DNA of 47,004 nt. It comes from a virus. Its lineage: Duplodnaviria; Caudoviricetes. The notes under the pieces are model-generated. The model was not told the origin of the DNA. It searched no databases and saw nothing but the letters and a program-made list of their open reading frames with translations. The position numbers and the translations under genes were made by a program. Shown one piece after another: positions 15,480-25,819 of this stretch. The stretch spans positions 1 to 47,004 of IMG/VR virus record IMGVR_UViG_3300030433_002369. The stretch is one strand, 5' to 3'. The first letter of the stretch is position 1; every line of letters starts with the position of its first letter.

Positions 15480-16412
15480 ATGTCTTTCGCAAATCTTAAA
15501 AAGCAATCCAATCTCGGTTCCCTGACCTCCAAACTGGTCAAAGAAGTTGAGAAGATGAACAATACTGGTGGCGGTGGAGATGACCGTCTCTGGAAACCTG
15601 AGATGGATAAGACTGGTAATGGATACGCTGTTATCCGTTTCCTGCCCGCACCTGAAGGGGAAGAACTCCCTTGGGCAAAGATGTACTCTCATGCCTTCCA
15701 AGGTCCTGGTGGTTGGTACATCGAAAACTCTCTGACCACTCTTGGTCAGAAAGACCCTGTGTCTGAGCACAATCGTGAACTTTGGAACAGCGGTCTTGAT
15801 TCTGATAAGGATACTGTTCGTAAGCAGAAGCGCAAACTGTCCTACTATGCCAACATCTATGTTGTGCAGGACAAGGCAAATCCTCAGAACGAAGGTCGTG
15901 TCTTCCTCTACAAGTTTGGTAAGAAGATCTTCGACAAGATCATGGAAGCAATGCAACCTGAGTATGAAGATGAAACTGCCATCAATCCCTTTGATTTCTG
16001 GGCAGGTGCCAACTTCAAACTGAAACTGAAGAAGGTTGCAGGTTACTGGAACTACGACTCTTCTGAGTTCGCAGCACCTGGTGCTCTCCTTGATGATGAC
16101 GATGCACTGGAAGCAATCTGGAAGAAGCAGTATTCACTGACTGCTCTGACTGCTGCTGACCAGTTTAAGTCTTATGATGATCTGGATAAGCGTCTGAAGA
16201 TGGTCCTTGGTGCCAAAGCACCGGCACGCCGCTTCGATGAAGAACTGGAAGATGAGAGTGAAGGTCGTGGATCTTTCTCTCCCAACTTTGAGTCAAGCAA
16301 GCCTCCTGCACCTGCAGCAGACTTCAATGCTCCTGACATCACTCCTACCAAGTCTGCAGACTCGGATGAGGATGATGCTCTGTCCTACTTCCAGAAACTT
16401 GCTGAGGAATGA
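15480..16412 (+). CDS. gp32: Single-stranded DNA-binding protein gp32
   Basis: DDRLWKP, GNGYAVIRFLP, YKFGKKIFDKI, NYDSSEF, acidic tail. Confidence 0.96.
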   Translation: MSFANLKKQSNLGSLTSKLVKEVEKMNNTGGGGDDRLWKPEMDKTGNGYAVIRFLPAPEGEELPWAKMYSHAFQGPGGWYIENSLTTLGQKDPVSEHNRELWNSGLDSDKDTVRKQKRKLSYYANIYVVQDKANPQNEGRVFLYKFGKKIFDKIMEAMQPEYEDETAINPFDFWAGANFKLKLKKVAGYWNYDSSEFAAPGALLDDDDALEAIWKKQYSLTALTAADQFKSYDDLDKRLKMVLGAKAPARRFDEELEDESEGRGSFSPNFESSKPPAPAADFNAPDITPTKSADSDEDDALSYFQKLAEE

Positions 16413-16477
16413 TGAGATACAACCAGTTGTGTTTGACTCTTTTGGTCGTCGCAGCGTATATAAACTTACTGAAATAA
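16412..16477 (+). CDS. Putative 21-aa hydrophobic micropeptide (MRYNQLCLTLLVVAAYINLLK)
   Basis: TGATG coupling to the gp32 stop, with GAGG upstream. Confidence 0.4.
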   Translation: MRYNQLCLTLLVVAAYINLLK

Positions 16478-17131
16478 TCTAATATTATCTGCAGTCTTTA
16501 AGGTTCCGCTCTTATATTGAGTGGAACCTTTTTTATATTCCATCATTTCTTCCAAGTCATCTTTAACTACATTCAGGAATCTTGCTTTTAACAGAAATAT
16601 ATTTCTTTTATCTTGCTGTAGTTTCTCTTCATAATAATAGTTTGTTATTTCAGTTACGGGAGATGATACAATTGTCATTCCTTCTATTTCTTCATCATAG
16701 AATGATACAGAATAATTAGAGTCAACTTCTAATCCTGCAGGAACAATCACCACACCCTTAGAATTTTTAACTTCTGTTGTTTCGTAGTGGTGAGTTGCAT
16801 TAATAGTCTCATAATTATCATACTTATCTAACAAATAATTCTCAAAATTAAATTGAGTCATTGGCCATTCATCATACACATTGATGATATTATTGCATGT
16901 AAGAACTAACCAATCTAAGTTGGCGTCACCATAAAACTCAAATGCAACATTATCTGGTCTATCATCACCCTTAACTTCATACTTTGTAAATACCGCGACA
17001 TTCTGAAAAATATCTTCCCTGAGTTTTCCTCTCATGAAGAGATTTTTTACTGGATTGTAATCGGATATTTTAGAGTCAGGAAGTCTACTGACGTACTCAA
17101 AATCTGGTAATTGACTGAAATAATTTGACAT
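16466..17131 (-). CDS. gp53: Baseplate wedge protein gp53
   Basis: YFSQLP, RPDNVAFEFYGD, WLVL..NNI, EWP and RNIFLL motifs. Confidence 0.88.
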   Translation of the reverse strand: MSNYFSQLPDFEYVSRLPDSKISDYNPVKNLFMRGKLREDIFQNVAVFTKYEVKGDDRPDNVAFEFYGDANLDWLVLTCNNIINVYDEWPMTQFNFENYLLDKYDNYETINATHHYETTEVKNSKGVVIVPAGLEVDSNYSVSFYDEEIEGMTIVSSPVTEITNYYYEEKLQQDKRNIFLLKARFLNVVKDDLEEMMEYKKGSTQYKSGTLKTADNIRLFQ

Positions 17132-17132
17132 C

Positions 17133-18485
17133 TTAGAAACCGATGAATGAATCGTCTAAATCATAATCATCATTAAAGACCGGAGTAATTTCAGTGAAAC
17201 TCATATTAATATCGTATGCAACCATTGTTCCATCTTGGTAGGTTGCATAGTTTCCTGTTGGAGTATAGTTAACTCCAAATCCTTGTAATGCACAAGTCTT
17301 GAATGCGTTTAATTTTTTATGCAATTCTCCTTGCTCACCTCTATGTATATAAGTAAGTCTAAAAACATGAGGTGACTTGAGGAACAAGTTAGATTTGGAT
17401 CTAATCGGAGCACCTCCTTGCTTGAAGAATCTAATTATTTTGATAATATTATCTGCTTCTGTTTGTCCTCTGGGTGCCAACTTAAACTTAAAGGAGAATG
17501 GTCTCAGAGTTGGACCCTTAAATAAGAGTTCCATATTAGGATTCATTACCATTCCTGTTGTTCTTTTCAACAGTGCTTGACCCTCTACGCCTGCAGCAGC
17601 TGCGGCGAATGCATTTCCCACAGCACTTGCTGTAGCACCAGCATTTTTTCTTACGGCATCAACATAATTTGTAAATTTTTCTGCTCCATCCTGAAGACCA
17701 TCAAAAATTGCAGTCTTAGCAATATCTGCTTTAGCAAGGTCAAGAGCAGTCATTGAGTTTGATCCCCAATCTGCTTTGTTTTGATCCGTTATTCCACTTG
17801 GTATTGGAAGAGTAACTGAACCAATAGAGGGACCTAAATTATTTGTTCCACTATTAAATCCAAATTGGTCGATTCCTCCATTTCCAGTAGTTTTAGACAA
17901 TTCTCCTGGAACATATTCATGCATATCAAAGCGAATAACATCTTGCTTTGATGCACCAAGATCTGCTGGGTGGATTAATGTTGGAAATTGTGTTCTTGTT
18001 CCTTCAGCAGAAGCTTCTGGTTTAAAACCTAAACTTTTGGATTTAGTGTTGGTATTATCTGCTGCTGGTCTTGAAGCAGCAGTAACTTGAGCATCATTTA
18101 ATAAGTCATTACCGCTACCAAATGCTGCTTTCTGAATTGTTTCTTTAGTTGTCCCATCAATATTATCACCTGCAAGATCTGTTGCGGTCTTATCGACTTG
18201 CGTCTTAATAATATTTCTAAGTGTAGAGTTTGGATTTCTTAAATCTCTTTGTTCTGCAATGGTTGCAGTAGATGTATTTACTGTGTCTTCTATTATCTTA
18301 CCAGAACCATCAACTTTAACTGTCTGAATCCTAGCTAGCTTATTTCCTTTCCCATCAGATCTATAGGTCTCTCTCAAAACACCACCATTAGCAAGGGTAG
18401 TTACATCAGTAAGATAATAACTCTTACCACCAGCAGTTCCTCTGTCAACCACATTTGATTTTGATGTTGATGTTTTCGATGCCAT
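17133..18485 (-). CDS. gp48: Baseplate tail-tube cap gp48
   Basis: LPIP, NPNMELLFKGPTLRPFSFKF, VNYTP and MSFTE motifs; late motif at 18502-18512. Confidence 0.85.
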   Translation of the reverse strand: MASKTSTSKSNVVDRGTAGGKSYYLTDVTTLANGGVLRETYRSDGKGNKLARIQTVKVDGSGKIIEDTVNTSTATIAEQRDLRNPNSTLRNIIKTQVDKTATDLAGDNIDGTTKETIQKAAFGSGNDLLNDAQVTAASRPAADNTNTKSKSLGFKPEASAEGTRTQFPTLIHPADLGASKQDVIRFDMHEYVPGELSKTTGNGGIDQFGFNSGTNNLGPSIGSVTLPIPSGITDQNKADWGSNSMTALDLAKADIAKTAIFDGLQDGAEKFTNYVDAVRKNAGATASAVGNAFAAAAAGVEGQALLKRTTGMVMNPNMELLFKGPTLRPFSFKFKLAPRGQTEADNIIKIIRFFKQGGAPIRSKSNLFLKSPHVFRLTYIHRGEQGELHKKLNAFKTCALQGFGVNYTPTGNYATYQDGTMVAYDINMSFTEITPVFNDDYDLDDSFIGF

Positions 18486-18500
18486 TAGATATGGTGGTTT

Positions 18501-18851
18501 TTATTTATTTAGTACCCGTTTTGTATATTGTAATGAGAGTAAGTCGTCAAGTTCTTCTCTATAGACAATATATACCTGAGTTCCTAATTCTTCCCAAGTA
18601 TATTGTCTATAATCTCTCCAGTGAAAGTTAATACCACGAAATCCCCAAGAAAATACATCAGTTACTGCAACCAACGGGTGCTGATCGTATTCGATATTAG
18701 GTGTCTTTGCAAAGTATTTAAAGGTGCAGATGTTTCCTTCTTCAGGGATGGGTGTCACAGTATCATTTAGCGCATACATTATCAGTTCCATTCTTTCTCC
18801 AAGATCTTTCTCGGATTTAAGATCAGCAATAACAGGTTCTATGCGGTTCAT
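18501..18851 (-). CDS. gp2: DNA end protector gp2-like (short form)
   Basis: Y.AKTP..YDQHPLV, GINFHW; adjacent to gp4. Confidence 0.65.
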   Translation of the reverse strand: MNRIEPVIADLKSEKDLGERMELIMYALNDTVTPIPEEGNICTFKYFAKTPNIEYDQHPLVAVTDVFSWGFRGINFHWRDYRQYTWEELGTQVYIVYREELDDLLSLQYTKRVLNK

Positions 18852-19291
18852 TTGATACCTAGTTCGTCTTCTGTGATGATCTTAAACTCAATTCTTCTAT
18901 CTTCACAAAATTCAACTGCTGCTTTCCACTTTGCTTGATTGACTTCCCAAGTTTTACATTCATAGATGTAAGACTTAGTAACTCTCTGTCTTCTTGCTGG
19001 TGGTTTTGTTTGCTTCTTTGGTTTTACTTCTATTACATAGGTCTTGATTTGACCTGTGCTTTCTTTGACCTTTATAATGAAGTCTGGGTAGTATTTGTGA
19101 ACTCTGCGATCAAGAGGAGAAACATATGGAATATGAAACTCTTCACTACCCCACTGAAGAATGTTTTCATTCATATCACACCACCGACAGAACTTGCGTT
19201 CCCAACTACTTCGGCATATAATATTGGTGGGGTCACCCTTATATTTGCTAGGAAATGACGGTCTGTATTTACTCTTGATACTTTCGGCCAT
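18848..19291 (-). CDS. gp4: Head completion nuclease gp4
   Basis: KYKGDP, RSSWE, WGSEE, YYPDF, EVKP and NQAKW motifs. Confidence 0.92.
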   Translation of the reverse strand: MAESIKSKYRPSFPSKYKGDPTNIICRSSWERKFCRWCDMNENILQWGSEEFHIPYVSPLDRRVHKYYPDFIIKVKESTGQIKTYVIEVKPKKQTKPPARRQRVTKSYIYECKTWEVNQAKWKAAVEFCEDRRIEFKIITEDELGIK

Positions 19292-19313
19292 ACATAATAT
19301 ATAAGGTAAAAAC

Positions 19314-19321
19314 TATTTATA
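19314..19321 (-). promoter_or_regulatory. T4 late promoter TATAAATA for the gp4-gp2-gp48-gp53 operon
   Basis: The + strand reads TATTTATA, 22 nt upstream of the gp4 ATG. Confidence 0.7.
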
Positions 19322-19322
19322 A

Positions 19323-20153
19323 ATGCCTGGCACAAAATTTTCATACGGCAACAAAAGTGGTTTCGCCGGTTTAAAGTCAAAGATACTTCAACCCGCACTA
19401 ACCTCTCACTATGAGGTAGAAATTCCTGTGGGATCTGGTACTCTTAATACTTTGCTGACAGACATTGCTCCCGCTGATGACCAAAAAACACTAGGTATAT
19501 CTTGTTCGGAAGCCTCTCTTCCTGGATCATCTATTGCGACCTTTGAACTTAAGAATGATTATGCTGGTGTAACCGAAAGATATGCTCACAGAAGAATGTA
19601 CGATGATAGAATTGATTTTACATTCTATGTGGATACTCAAAAATATCTACCCATCAGATTTTTTGAGAGATGGATGAGATATGTGACAGGAGAATCTGGA
19701 CCTAGAACAGATACTGATAAAAGAAATTTAGTAAATGTAGGATATCATTATAGAATGAATTTTCCTGAGGAATATAGATGTGAGAGAGGTCTTAAAATTA
19801 CAAAATTTGAGAAAGATTACAGGAATAGTTTAGAGTATGAGTTTATTGGTGCATATCCTGTCGCAGTAAATTCGATGCCTGTAAGTTATGATTCTTCTGG
19901 TCTTCTGAAGTGTACTGTCTCTATGACATATTTGAGATATGTTATTACTGAACTGATAGGTCCACCGGAACAACCTGGAACCTCTACTCAAACTCAAAAA
20001 GCTCAGCAGAAAAATACTCAAGAACTACCAGTCGCTCAAGAAAAAGAATCTAAAGTTAGTGATGACTATCCTACTATACTAGGAAAACCAGTTTCAGTCT
20101 TCTTAGATGCAAGTGGTGCCTTACGAGATGCATTTACTGGAAACCTCATATAA
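19323..20153 (+). CDS. gp54: Tail-tube initiator / gp54-like baseplate subunit
   Basis: CSEASLPG, FTFYVD, FFERWM and AYPVAV motifs; divergent from gp4. Confidence 0.7.
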   Translation: MPGTKFSYGNKSGFAGLKSKILQPALTSHYEVEIPVGSGTLNTLLTDIAPADDQKTLGISCSEASLPGSSIATFELKNDYAGVTERYAHRRMYDDRIDFTFYVDTQKYLPIRFFERWMRYVTGESGPRTDTDKRNLVNVGYHYRMNFPEEYRCERGLKITKFEKDYRNSLEYEFIGAYPVAVNSMPVSYDSSGLLKCTVSMTYLRYVITELIGPPEQPGTSTQTQKAQQKNTQELPVAQEKESKVSDDYPTILGKPVSVFLDASGALRDAFTGNLI

Positions 20154-20195
20154 ACCCCTCTAAATAATCACACTGAAATACATCTATAGGTCATT

Positions 20196-20915
20196 ATGCC
20201 TTTACCAAAGATTGCTACGCCCAAGTATGATCTTGAATTGCCCTCAACCGGACAAACAATTCAATATAGACCTTTCCTAGTCAAGGAAGAAAAACTTCTT
20301 GTTCTTGCAATGGAAAGTGAAGATACAAAACAAATTACAACAGCAATTAAGTCTGTTCTGAAAAACTGTATTCAGACGAAAGGAGTTAAGGTAGAAACTC
20401 TTCCAACATTTGACATTGAATATCTCTTTCTTAACATTCGTGGAAAGTCTGTTGGTGAAGAAGTTGAGGTAAATTTGGTTGCTCCTGATGATGGAGAGAC
20501 TGAAGTCAAAGTAACTATTGCTTTAGACGAGATTAAAGTAGAAAAGAATGATGAACACACTCGTCAGATCAAACTTGACGACACCTTAATGATGGAAATG
20601 AAGTATCCTTCATTGGATCAGTTCATTTCAAATAACTTTGATTTTAATGAAAAAAATCAATTAGAACAATCGTTTGATTTGATTGCATCTTGTGTAGATA
20701 AGATCTACAGTGAAGAAGAAGTGTGGGCAGCTGCTGATTGTACTAAGAAAGAAATTAAAGAATTCCTTGAGCAAATGAATTCCACTCAGTTTAAGGAGAT
20801 TGAATCTTTCTTTGAGACTATGCCAAAACTTACACATATTGTGAAGTTTGTAAATCCAAATACTAAGAAGGAGAATGAAGTCCTTCTGGAGGGACTGGCA
20901 AGTTTTTTCGCTTAG
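20196..20915 (+). CDS. gp26: Baseplate hub subunit gp26
   Basis: MPLPKI, YRPFLVKEEK, FLNIRGKSVGE; CTAAATA at 20160. Confidence 0.9.
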   Translation: MPLPKIATPKYDLELPSTGQTIQYRPFLVKEEKLLVLAMESEDTKQITTAIKSVLKNCIQTKGVKVETLPTFDIEYLFLNIRGKSVGEEVEVNLVAPDDGETEVKVTIALDEIKVEKNDEHTRQIKLDDTLMMEMKYPSLDQFISNNFDFNEKNQLEQSFDLIASCVDKIYSEEEVWAAADCTKKEIKEFLEQMNSTQFKEIESFFETMPKLTHIVKFVNPNTKKENEVLLEGLASFFA

Positions 20916-20917
20916 GC

Positions 20918-21106
20918 ATGATCCACATGGATCTTGAGGCTTATTTTAGACTCAATTTTGCCTTGATACAGTACCATAAATATTCATTAACTGAAATTGA
21001 AAACATGATGCCTTGGGAACGAGACATCTATGTGGAACTCTTGAGTCAACATCTCAAGGAAGAAAAGGAAAAACAAGAACAGCAGCAACGAAAGTATGGC
21101 GGCTAA
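20918..21106 (+). CDS. gp51: Baseplate hub assembly catalyst gp51
   Basis: NFALIQYHKYSLTEIENMMPWERDIY. Confidence 0.85.
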   Translation: MIHMDLEAYFRLNFALIQYHKYSLTEIENMMPWERDIYVELLSQHLKEEKEKQEQQQRKYGG

Positions 21107-23201
21107 GACTACTGATCCTATTGATATCCTCCTTGAGATGGGTATTGACCTCGACAATCTGTCGGAGGAAGAGGATTATCTTAGTGCCTTAAAAGAAGCG
21201 ATTGCAACTATCGAATTTAAGACCGGTGGTAAAGGTGATGAAAGAAGTGCTGCCTTAAGAGAAGAAGTAATAAAAGTAAGAAAGTCAAGAAGGGCAGCAG
21301 ACCCGAAGATTAAAGCAAAGAAGACAACAATAAAACCAGAAAATCTTTTTGAGAGAAGTGCTGCACCAAAACAGAAGACACTCTCTACTAGTGCAATAGT
21401 TCCATATAAAGGACCTGAGTCTGAAGAGGAAGGTGTAAAGAAGAAACGTGTATTAAGAGAGAAAACTAGTGATCCGCTAAAAGATATTCTAAAGTCGGTC
21501 AATTCTATATTGGCAACTTTAAAAAATCAAAATAAAATAACAAAGAAGCAAGCAGAAAGAGATAGAAAAGATGCTGAGAGAGCAAAGAGAGGTGCTCAGG
21601 AAGACGATTTAGAACAAGCTCCTTTAAAAAAATTCTTTGATAATGCAAAGAAACTTGCAAAACCTGCAATTGGTTTCTTTGAAAGCATCATGAATTTTAT
21701 TATGAAGGTTTTAATCGGCAGATTGTTGGTTAAAATACTTAATTGGATGGGAGATCCAGAAAATAAAAAGAAGATGGATGCAATCATGGACTTTTTTAAA
21801 GTCACATGGCCTGCATTCCTTGCTGCATTTTTAGCATTTAAGTTTGGTCTCCTTGGATTTATGGGAGGTCTTATTGGATTGATCGGAAGATTTATTCCTA
21901 AGATACTTGGACTAATTCCTAAAATGTTAAAAGGATTAAAAACCCTAGCAATGGGTAATCCTTTAGCAACCGCAGCAGTTGCTGTTGTTGCTGGCACTGC
22001 CATTGCTGCTGTAGCAGCAAACCAAGATGGAACTGCTGTCATCAAAGATCCAGATGATCCAGACAAGTCTCAAGCAGATGAGATTAGAGAATTTGGTGGG
22101 ATGACAGGTGCTCCCATCAGTGGGGATATGTTAGGGTTTAATTTAGGAGGACTTGTTCCAGGAAGTGGTCCTGATAAGGATACTGTACCAGCAATGCTCA
22201 CACCAGGTGAGTTTGTTATGAGTAGAGGTGCTGTTCAGAAATATGGATCAGACACTCTAGCAGGAATGAATGCTATGGGTGGCGGAACAAATGTACCTAG
22301 CACTGGAATGATTCTTGGATATAATGGTGGAGGATTGGTTGACGAAAAAGCACAAAGACCAAAAACGAGTGCAACGGATGGTGGTGGTTCTCCTGATGAG
22401 TTTGCAAAACCCATGATTAAAATTCATGAAGGACTGCGACTTGACAAATATATGGATAGTCGTGGATTCCCAACGATTGGATATGGTCACTTGATTGAAC
22501 CGGGTGAGTCCATGCCTAATCGTATTTCTCAACAGAAAGCAGATGAGTTGTTTGATGAGGATTACACTCATCATAAGGCAGCTGCTATGAGAATTCCTGG
22601 TTATGATAGGGCAAATGCAATGCAGAAAGCAGCCTTAATTGACCTTACATTTAACATGGGTCCTGCATGGGCAGACGACTTCCCAAAATTTAAACAAGCA
22701 TTTGCTGCTGGCAACTATGAACAAGCAGGAAATGAGTTAATTGATAGTGCTTACTATGGTCAAGTCGGTCGAAGAGGACCGACGATTGTTAATTTAATCA
22801 AAGGTAAAGGTGCTGATAATGTAGCATATCTCAAAGGTGTGCCCACCCCCGCACCAGGACCTAGTTCTAGTCAACCACAAATTGCTTCAGTTGGATCTGT
22901 AGGTGATGGACAAAGATTATCAGACTTGAGTGCTGCACAATCTACAAGATCTGGTGGTTCTGCACCACCGTCAATGAGTTATGCTGGTTCTTCAAGATCT
23001 TTACCACCTCCATCTAGAGGAACAAGATTGTCTGACTTGCGTAAGAATCAAGAAATGAGAGCAGCAAGTGGTCAAGAACCTAAAGAGTATCCTAATCCAG
23101 GTGCTCTCAACACACCAAACTCTAATGATCTTCCTCCAATTGATGCTAATGCAATGATATCAATGGAGAAAATCAAAGTTCTTGGATTGACGGTGGTCTG
23201 A
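21096..23201 (+). CDS. Tail/baseplate protein (tape-measure-like) with T4-type lysozyme domain
   Basis: Helical and hydrophobic N-half; DTVPAMLTPGEFV motif; GH24 signature HEGLRLDKYMDSRGFPTIGYGH (E-x8-D-x5-T). Confidence 0.8.
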   Translation: MAAKTTDPIDILLEMGIDLDNLSEEEDYLSALKEAIATIEFKTGGKGDERSAALREEVIKVRKSRRAADPKIKAKKTTIKPENLFERSAAPKQKTLSTSAIVPYKGPESEEEGVKKKRVLREKTSDPLKDILKSVNSILATLKNQNKITKKQAERDRKDAERAKRGAQEDDLEQAPLKKFFDNAKKLAKPAIGFFESIMNFIMKVLIGRLLVKILNWMGDPENKKKMDAIMDFFKVTWPAFLAAFLAFKFGLLGFMGGLIGLIGRFIPKILGLIPKMLKGLKTLAMGNPLATAAVAVVAGTAIAAVAANQDGTAVIKDPDDPDKSQADEIREFGGMTGAPISGDMLGFNLGGLVPGSGPDKDTVPAMLTPGEFVMSRGAVQKYGSDTLAGMNAMGGGTNVPSTGMILGYNGGGLVDEKAQRPKTSATDGGGSPDEFAKPMIKIHEGLRLDKYMDSRGFPTIGYGHLIEPGESMPNRISQQKADELFDEDYTHHKAAAMRIPGYDRANAMQKAALIDLTFNMGPAWADDFPKFKQAFAAGNYEQAGNELIDSAYYGQVGRRGPTIVNLIKGKGADNVAYLKGVPTPAPGPSSSQPQIASVGSVGDGQRLSDLSAAQSTRSGGSAPPSMSYAGSSRSLPPPSRGTRLSDLRKNQEMRAASGQEPKEYPNPGALNTPNSNDLPPIDANAMISMEKIKVLGLTVV

Positions 23202-23202
23202 T

Positions 23203-25797
23203 ATGGCAATAGCAGGATTACTAGGAGGAGTAGCGAAGACTGTCGCTAAAGATAGAGCAAAAAGTTTTATCACTGGTAGGAAAAAAACTGTCAAACCAGC
23301 AGCAATAAAGAAAGGTGGTGGTGGAGGAGAGACACCTGGTGAAAAAGGTGGTGCATTGGCAGTAAGACCACAGGCATCTTTGGTTCCTGCTCCAGTTAAT
23401 ACTGATGTTATTACCCCTATTTCTGGCGCAGAGATGGCATCTACGAAGGGTAGTGAGGAAGATACGATTAATGTCATTAGAATAAAAGTCGCAGAGATTG
23501 ATAAGGTTCTTAAGGGAACTCTTGCACAGCAGAAGGCAGCATCAAAGAAAGATAAGAAGTCGGACGAAAAGCAAAGAAGAAAGAAACAAGAAAAGTTACT
23601 AGAAAAAGTAGATACTGGTAAAAAGGATAGTGGTATAAAAAAACTCATGGCACCCGCAAAGGGGTTGTTTGGTGGTATATTTGATTTTTTAAAGAACATT
23701 CTTATAGGTCGTCTTCTAGTTCTTTTACTTGAGAATAGACCAAACCTACCTGGTGGGAACTTATTGATGTTCCTTGCAGGGACAGCAGAAAAAATTATTG
23801 ACACAATCATTGGGGTCATCGATGCACTAGGAAGTTTCTTGGCATGGGGTCAAGAAAAACTTGACGGTATTAGAGCATCTTTAGTAAGCGATAAAGGTGA
23901 GGAAGCAGGAGAAAGATTTGATGGATTACTTAGCGCACTAACAAATCTCTTTAATGCTACTGTCATTGTTGGTAGTGTCTTCGGTGCTCTCGGTGCTGGC
24001 GCAGGAAAAGGAAAAGATAAACCAGGTAAAGGTAAAGATCCTAATAAAGGAAACAAAGGAACTAAGGGAAAAGTTAAACCAGATAAGAAAACTAGAACAA
24101 GGAGAGCAAGTAAGGAAGCAAGAAAGAGATATGCTCGTCGCTTTGGAAAAGATGCTGCGAAACAAAGATTTGCTGGGCAGACTAAAGGACCTATAAAGGG
24201 TTCTGTCACTCGTCGTGGTCTTGGGAAAGTTCCAGGAAGAGTTGGATTAAAGGTATTGGGTAAAGGTGGTGTTCAGGCAATGAAGGGTATTGCCAAAGGA
24301 TTTAGTAGAATACCAATTGTCGGTCCATTAATCGTTGCGGTATCATCTTTACTTGCTGGAGAACCATTAGGTCAAGCAGCATTTAAGGGTGTTGGCGCAG
24401 CAATTGGTGGATTGCTTGGATCATTCATTCCCATTCCAGTAATTGGAACATTACTTGGGGAAGCTGCTGGTGTATTTGTTGGTGATCTTCTGTACTCACT
24501 GATGCTAGGTGGGGGACCTGAGGAGGCAAAACAGAAGTTCATGAATGCCCTTCAGACTGCTCTTGATGCAGGTGGACTTATACTCAAATTTGTTGGCGAT
24601 GGATTTAAGAAGTTCACCAACAAATTCTTTGAGACTAATCCCATTGAAATTGAAGAGGGAATGGGAAGGCGTTCTGCTGCCACAAAGGTTGTGGAGTTCC
24701 TTGGTATGAAGGAATTCCTTAAAGATAGAGATTACCTAGAGAATGATCAGGTGGCGAAATTCCCAAATATTATGAATTTGCTTAATCCTTTGGTATCAGT
24801 TCCAATGATGGCCAATTCTTTCTTTGGTGATATGTTTAGTGGAACTTCTACTGGTGGTGGTACTACCTCTCCTACTTCAACTCCAATCACTGCATCTGCA
24901 TCAGGTTCTGTTGATGAATCTTCTCAAATTCCAATGGAAACAAATGCAAGTGTTGCAGGTGCCACTGGTAAAGGTATGCGAACTGGACCTGCTGGTTATG
25001 ATAGAATTGGTGCTGGTGCGGCATATCATGTTGATACTAAGTTCCACAAGAGTATAGGAATGGGTGGAATGATTGCTGCCATGGATAAATTAGCAGATGA
25101 GTATACTGCAAGAGGAAAAGAGATTGTCTTCTCTGGACAAGGGTATGCGAGATTGAAAGCATACAAATCTAACTTAAGTAGTGATGAGAAGAGAAAATTA
25201 ATGCAGAGTGCTATTGATGCTCATAGTCACTCTAGTTTTATGAGAGCAGAAGGATTCTTACCATTTGATTATTATATTCCAGATATTTCTGCAAATAAGG
25301 ATTTGTATCATCCATCGACAGAAGGAGCAGAAATATTATTACCTGACATGGGTGGAGATATTAAAGTTGGTGCTCACTATAGTGGATATGGAAAGAGTGC
25401 CAATATATTTGATACATCAGGTAAGATGGTTGCTATGACTGGACATGGAGACCTTGCATATCGACTTGGTGGATTCACCAAAGCAATGGCACATAGAGCT
25501 GTTCTTGGTGAGGAAGGTAGAGAATTTGTTATAGATGCTGATTCAACTGCTGCAATCGAAAATGCTTTCCCTGGATTGCTAAGTGAAGCAAACCTGGCAA
25601 AAGGATCAAGTGCAATTGGTGCTTTGATGGCATATACATCTTATGAAGAACCTGCAAGCGATGAACTAGTAATGGTTGGAGGTTCTGGTGGAGGATCTTC
25701 CTATGGAGAAACTCCAAGTGCTATGCCAGATCCAACAATACCTTCATCTTCTGATAAGGATAATAGTTGGAAAGATATCCGTTATAAATTCGGGTAA
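23203..25797 (+). CDS. Tail tape-measure-like / baseplate hub protein
   Basis: Gly/Ala-rich amphipathic repeats (GAAIGGLLGSFIPIPVIGTLLG); GEEGREFVID motif. Confidence 0.65.
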   Translation: MAIAGLLGGVAKTVAKDRAKSFITGRKKTVKPAAIKKGGGGGETPGEKGGALAVRPQASLVPAPVNTDVITPISGAEMASTKGSEEDTINVIRIKVAEIDKVLKGTLAQQKAASKKDKKSDEKQRRKKQEKLLEKVDTGKKDSGIKKLMAPAKGLFGGIFDFLKNILIGRLLVLLLENRPNLPGGNLLMFLAGTAEKIIDTIIGVIDALGSFLAWGQEKLDGIRASLVSDKGEEAGERFDGLLSALTNLFNATVIVGSVFGALGAGAGKGKDKPGKGKDPNKGNKGTKGKVKPDKKTRTRRASKEARKRYARRFGKDAAKQRFAGQTKGPIKGSVTRRGLGKVPGRVGLKVLGKGGVQAMKGIAKGFSRIPIVGPLIVAVSSLLAGEPLGQAAFKGVGAAIGGLLGSFIPIPVIGTLLGEAAGVFVGDLLYSLMLGGGPEEAKQKFMNALQTALDAGGLILKFVGDGFKKFTNKFFETNPIEIEEGMGRRSAATKVVEFLGMKEFLKDRDYLENDQVAKFPNIMNLLNPLVSVPMMANSFFGDMFSGTSTGGGTTSPTSTPITASASGSVDESSQIPMETNASVAGATGKGMRTGPAGYDRIGAGAAYHVDTKFHKSIGMGGMIAAMDKLADEYTARGKEIVFSGQGYARLKAYKSNLSSDEKRKLMQSAIDAHSHSSFMRAEGFLPFDYYIPDISANKDLYHPSTEGAEILLPDMGGDIKVGAHYSGYGKSANIFDTSGKMVAMTGHGDLAYRLGGFTKAMAHRAVLGEEGREFVIDADSTAAIENAFPGLLSEANLAKGSSAIGALMAYTSYEEPASDELVMVGGSGGGSSYGETPSAMPDPTIPSSSDKDNSWKDIRYKFG

Positions 25798-25819
25798 ATA
25801 GAAGTAGGAGAATATAACA

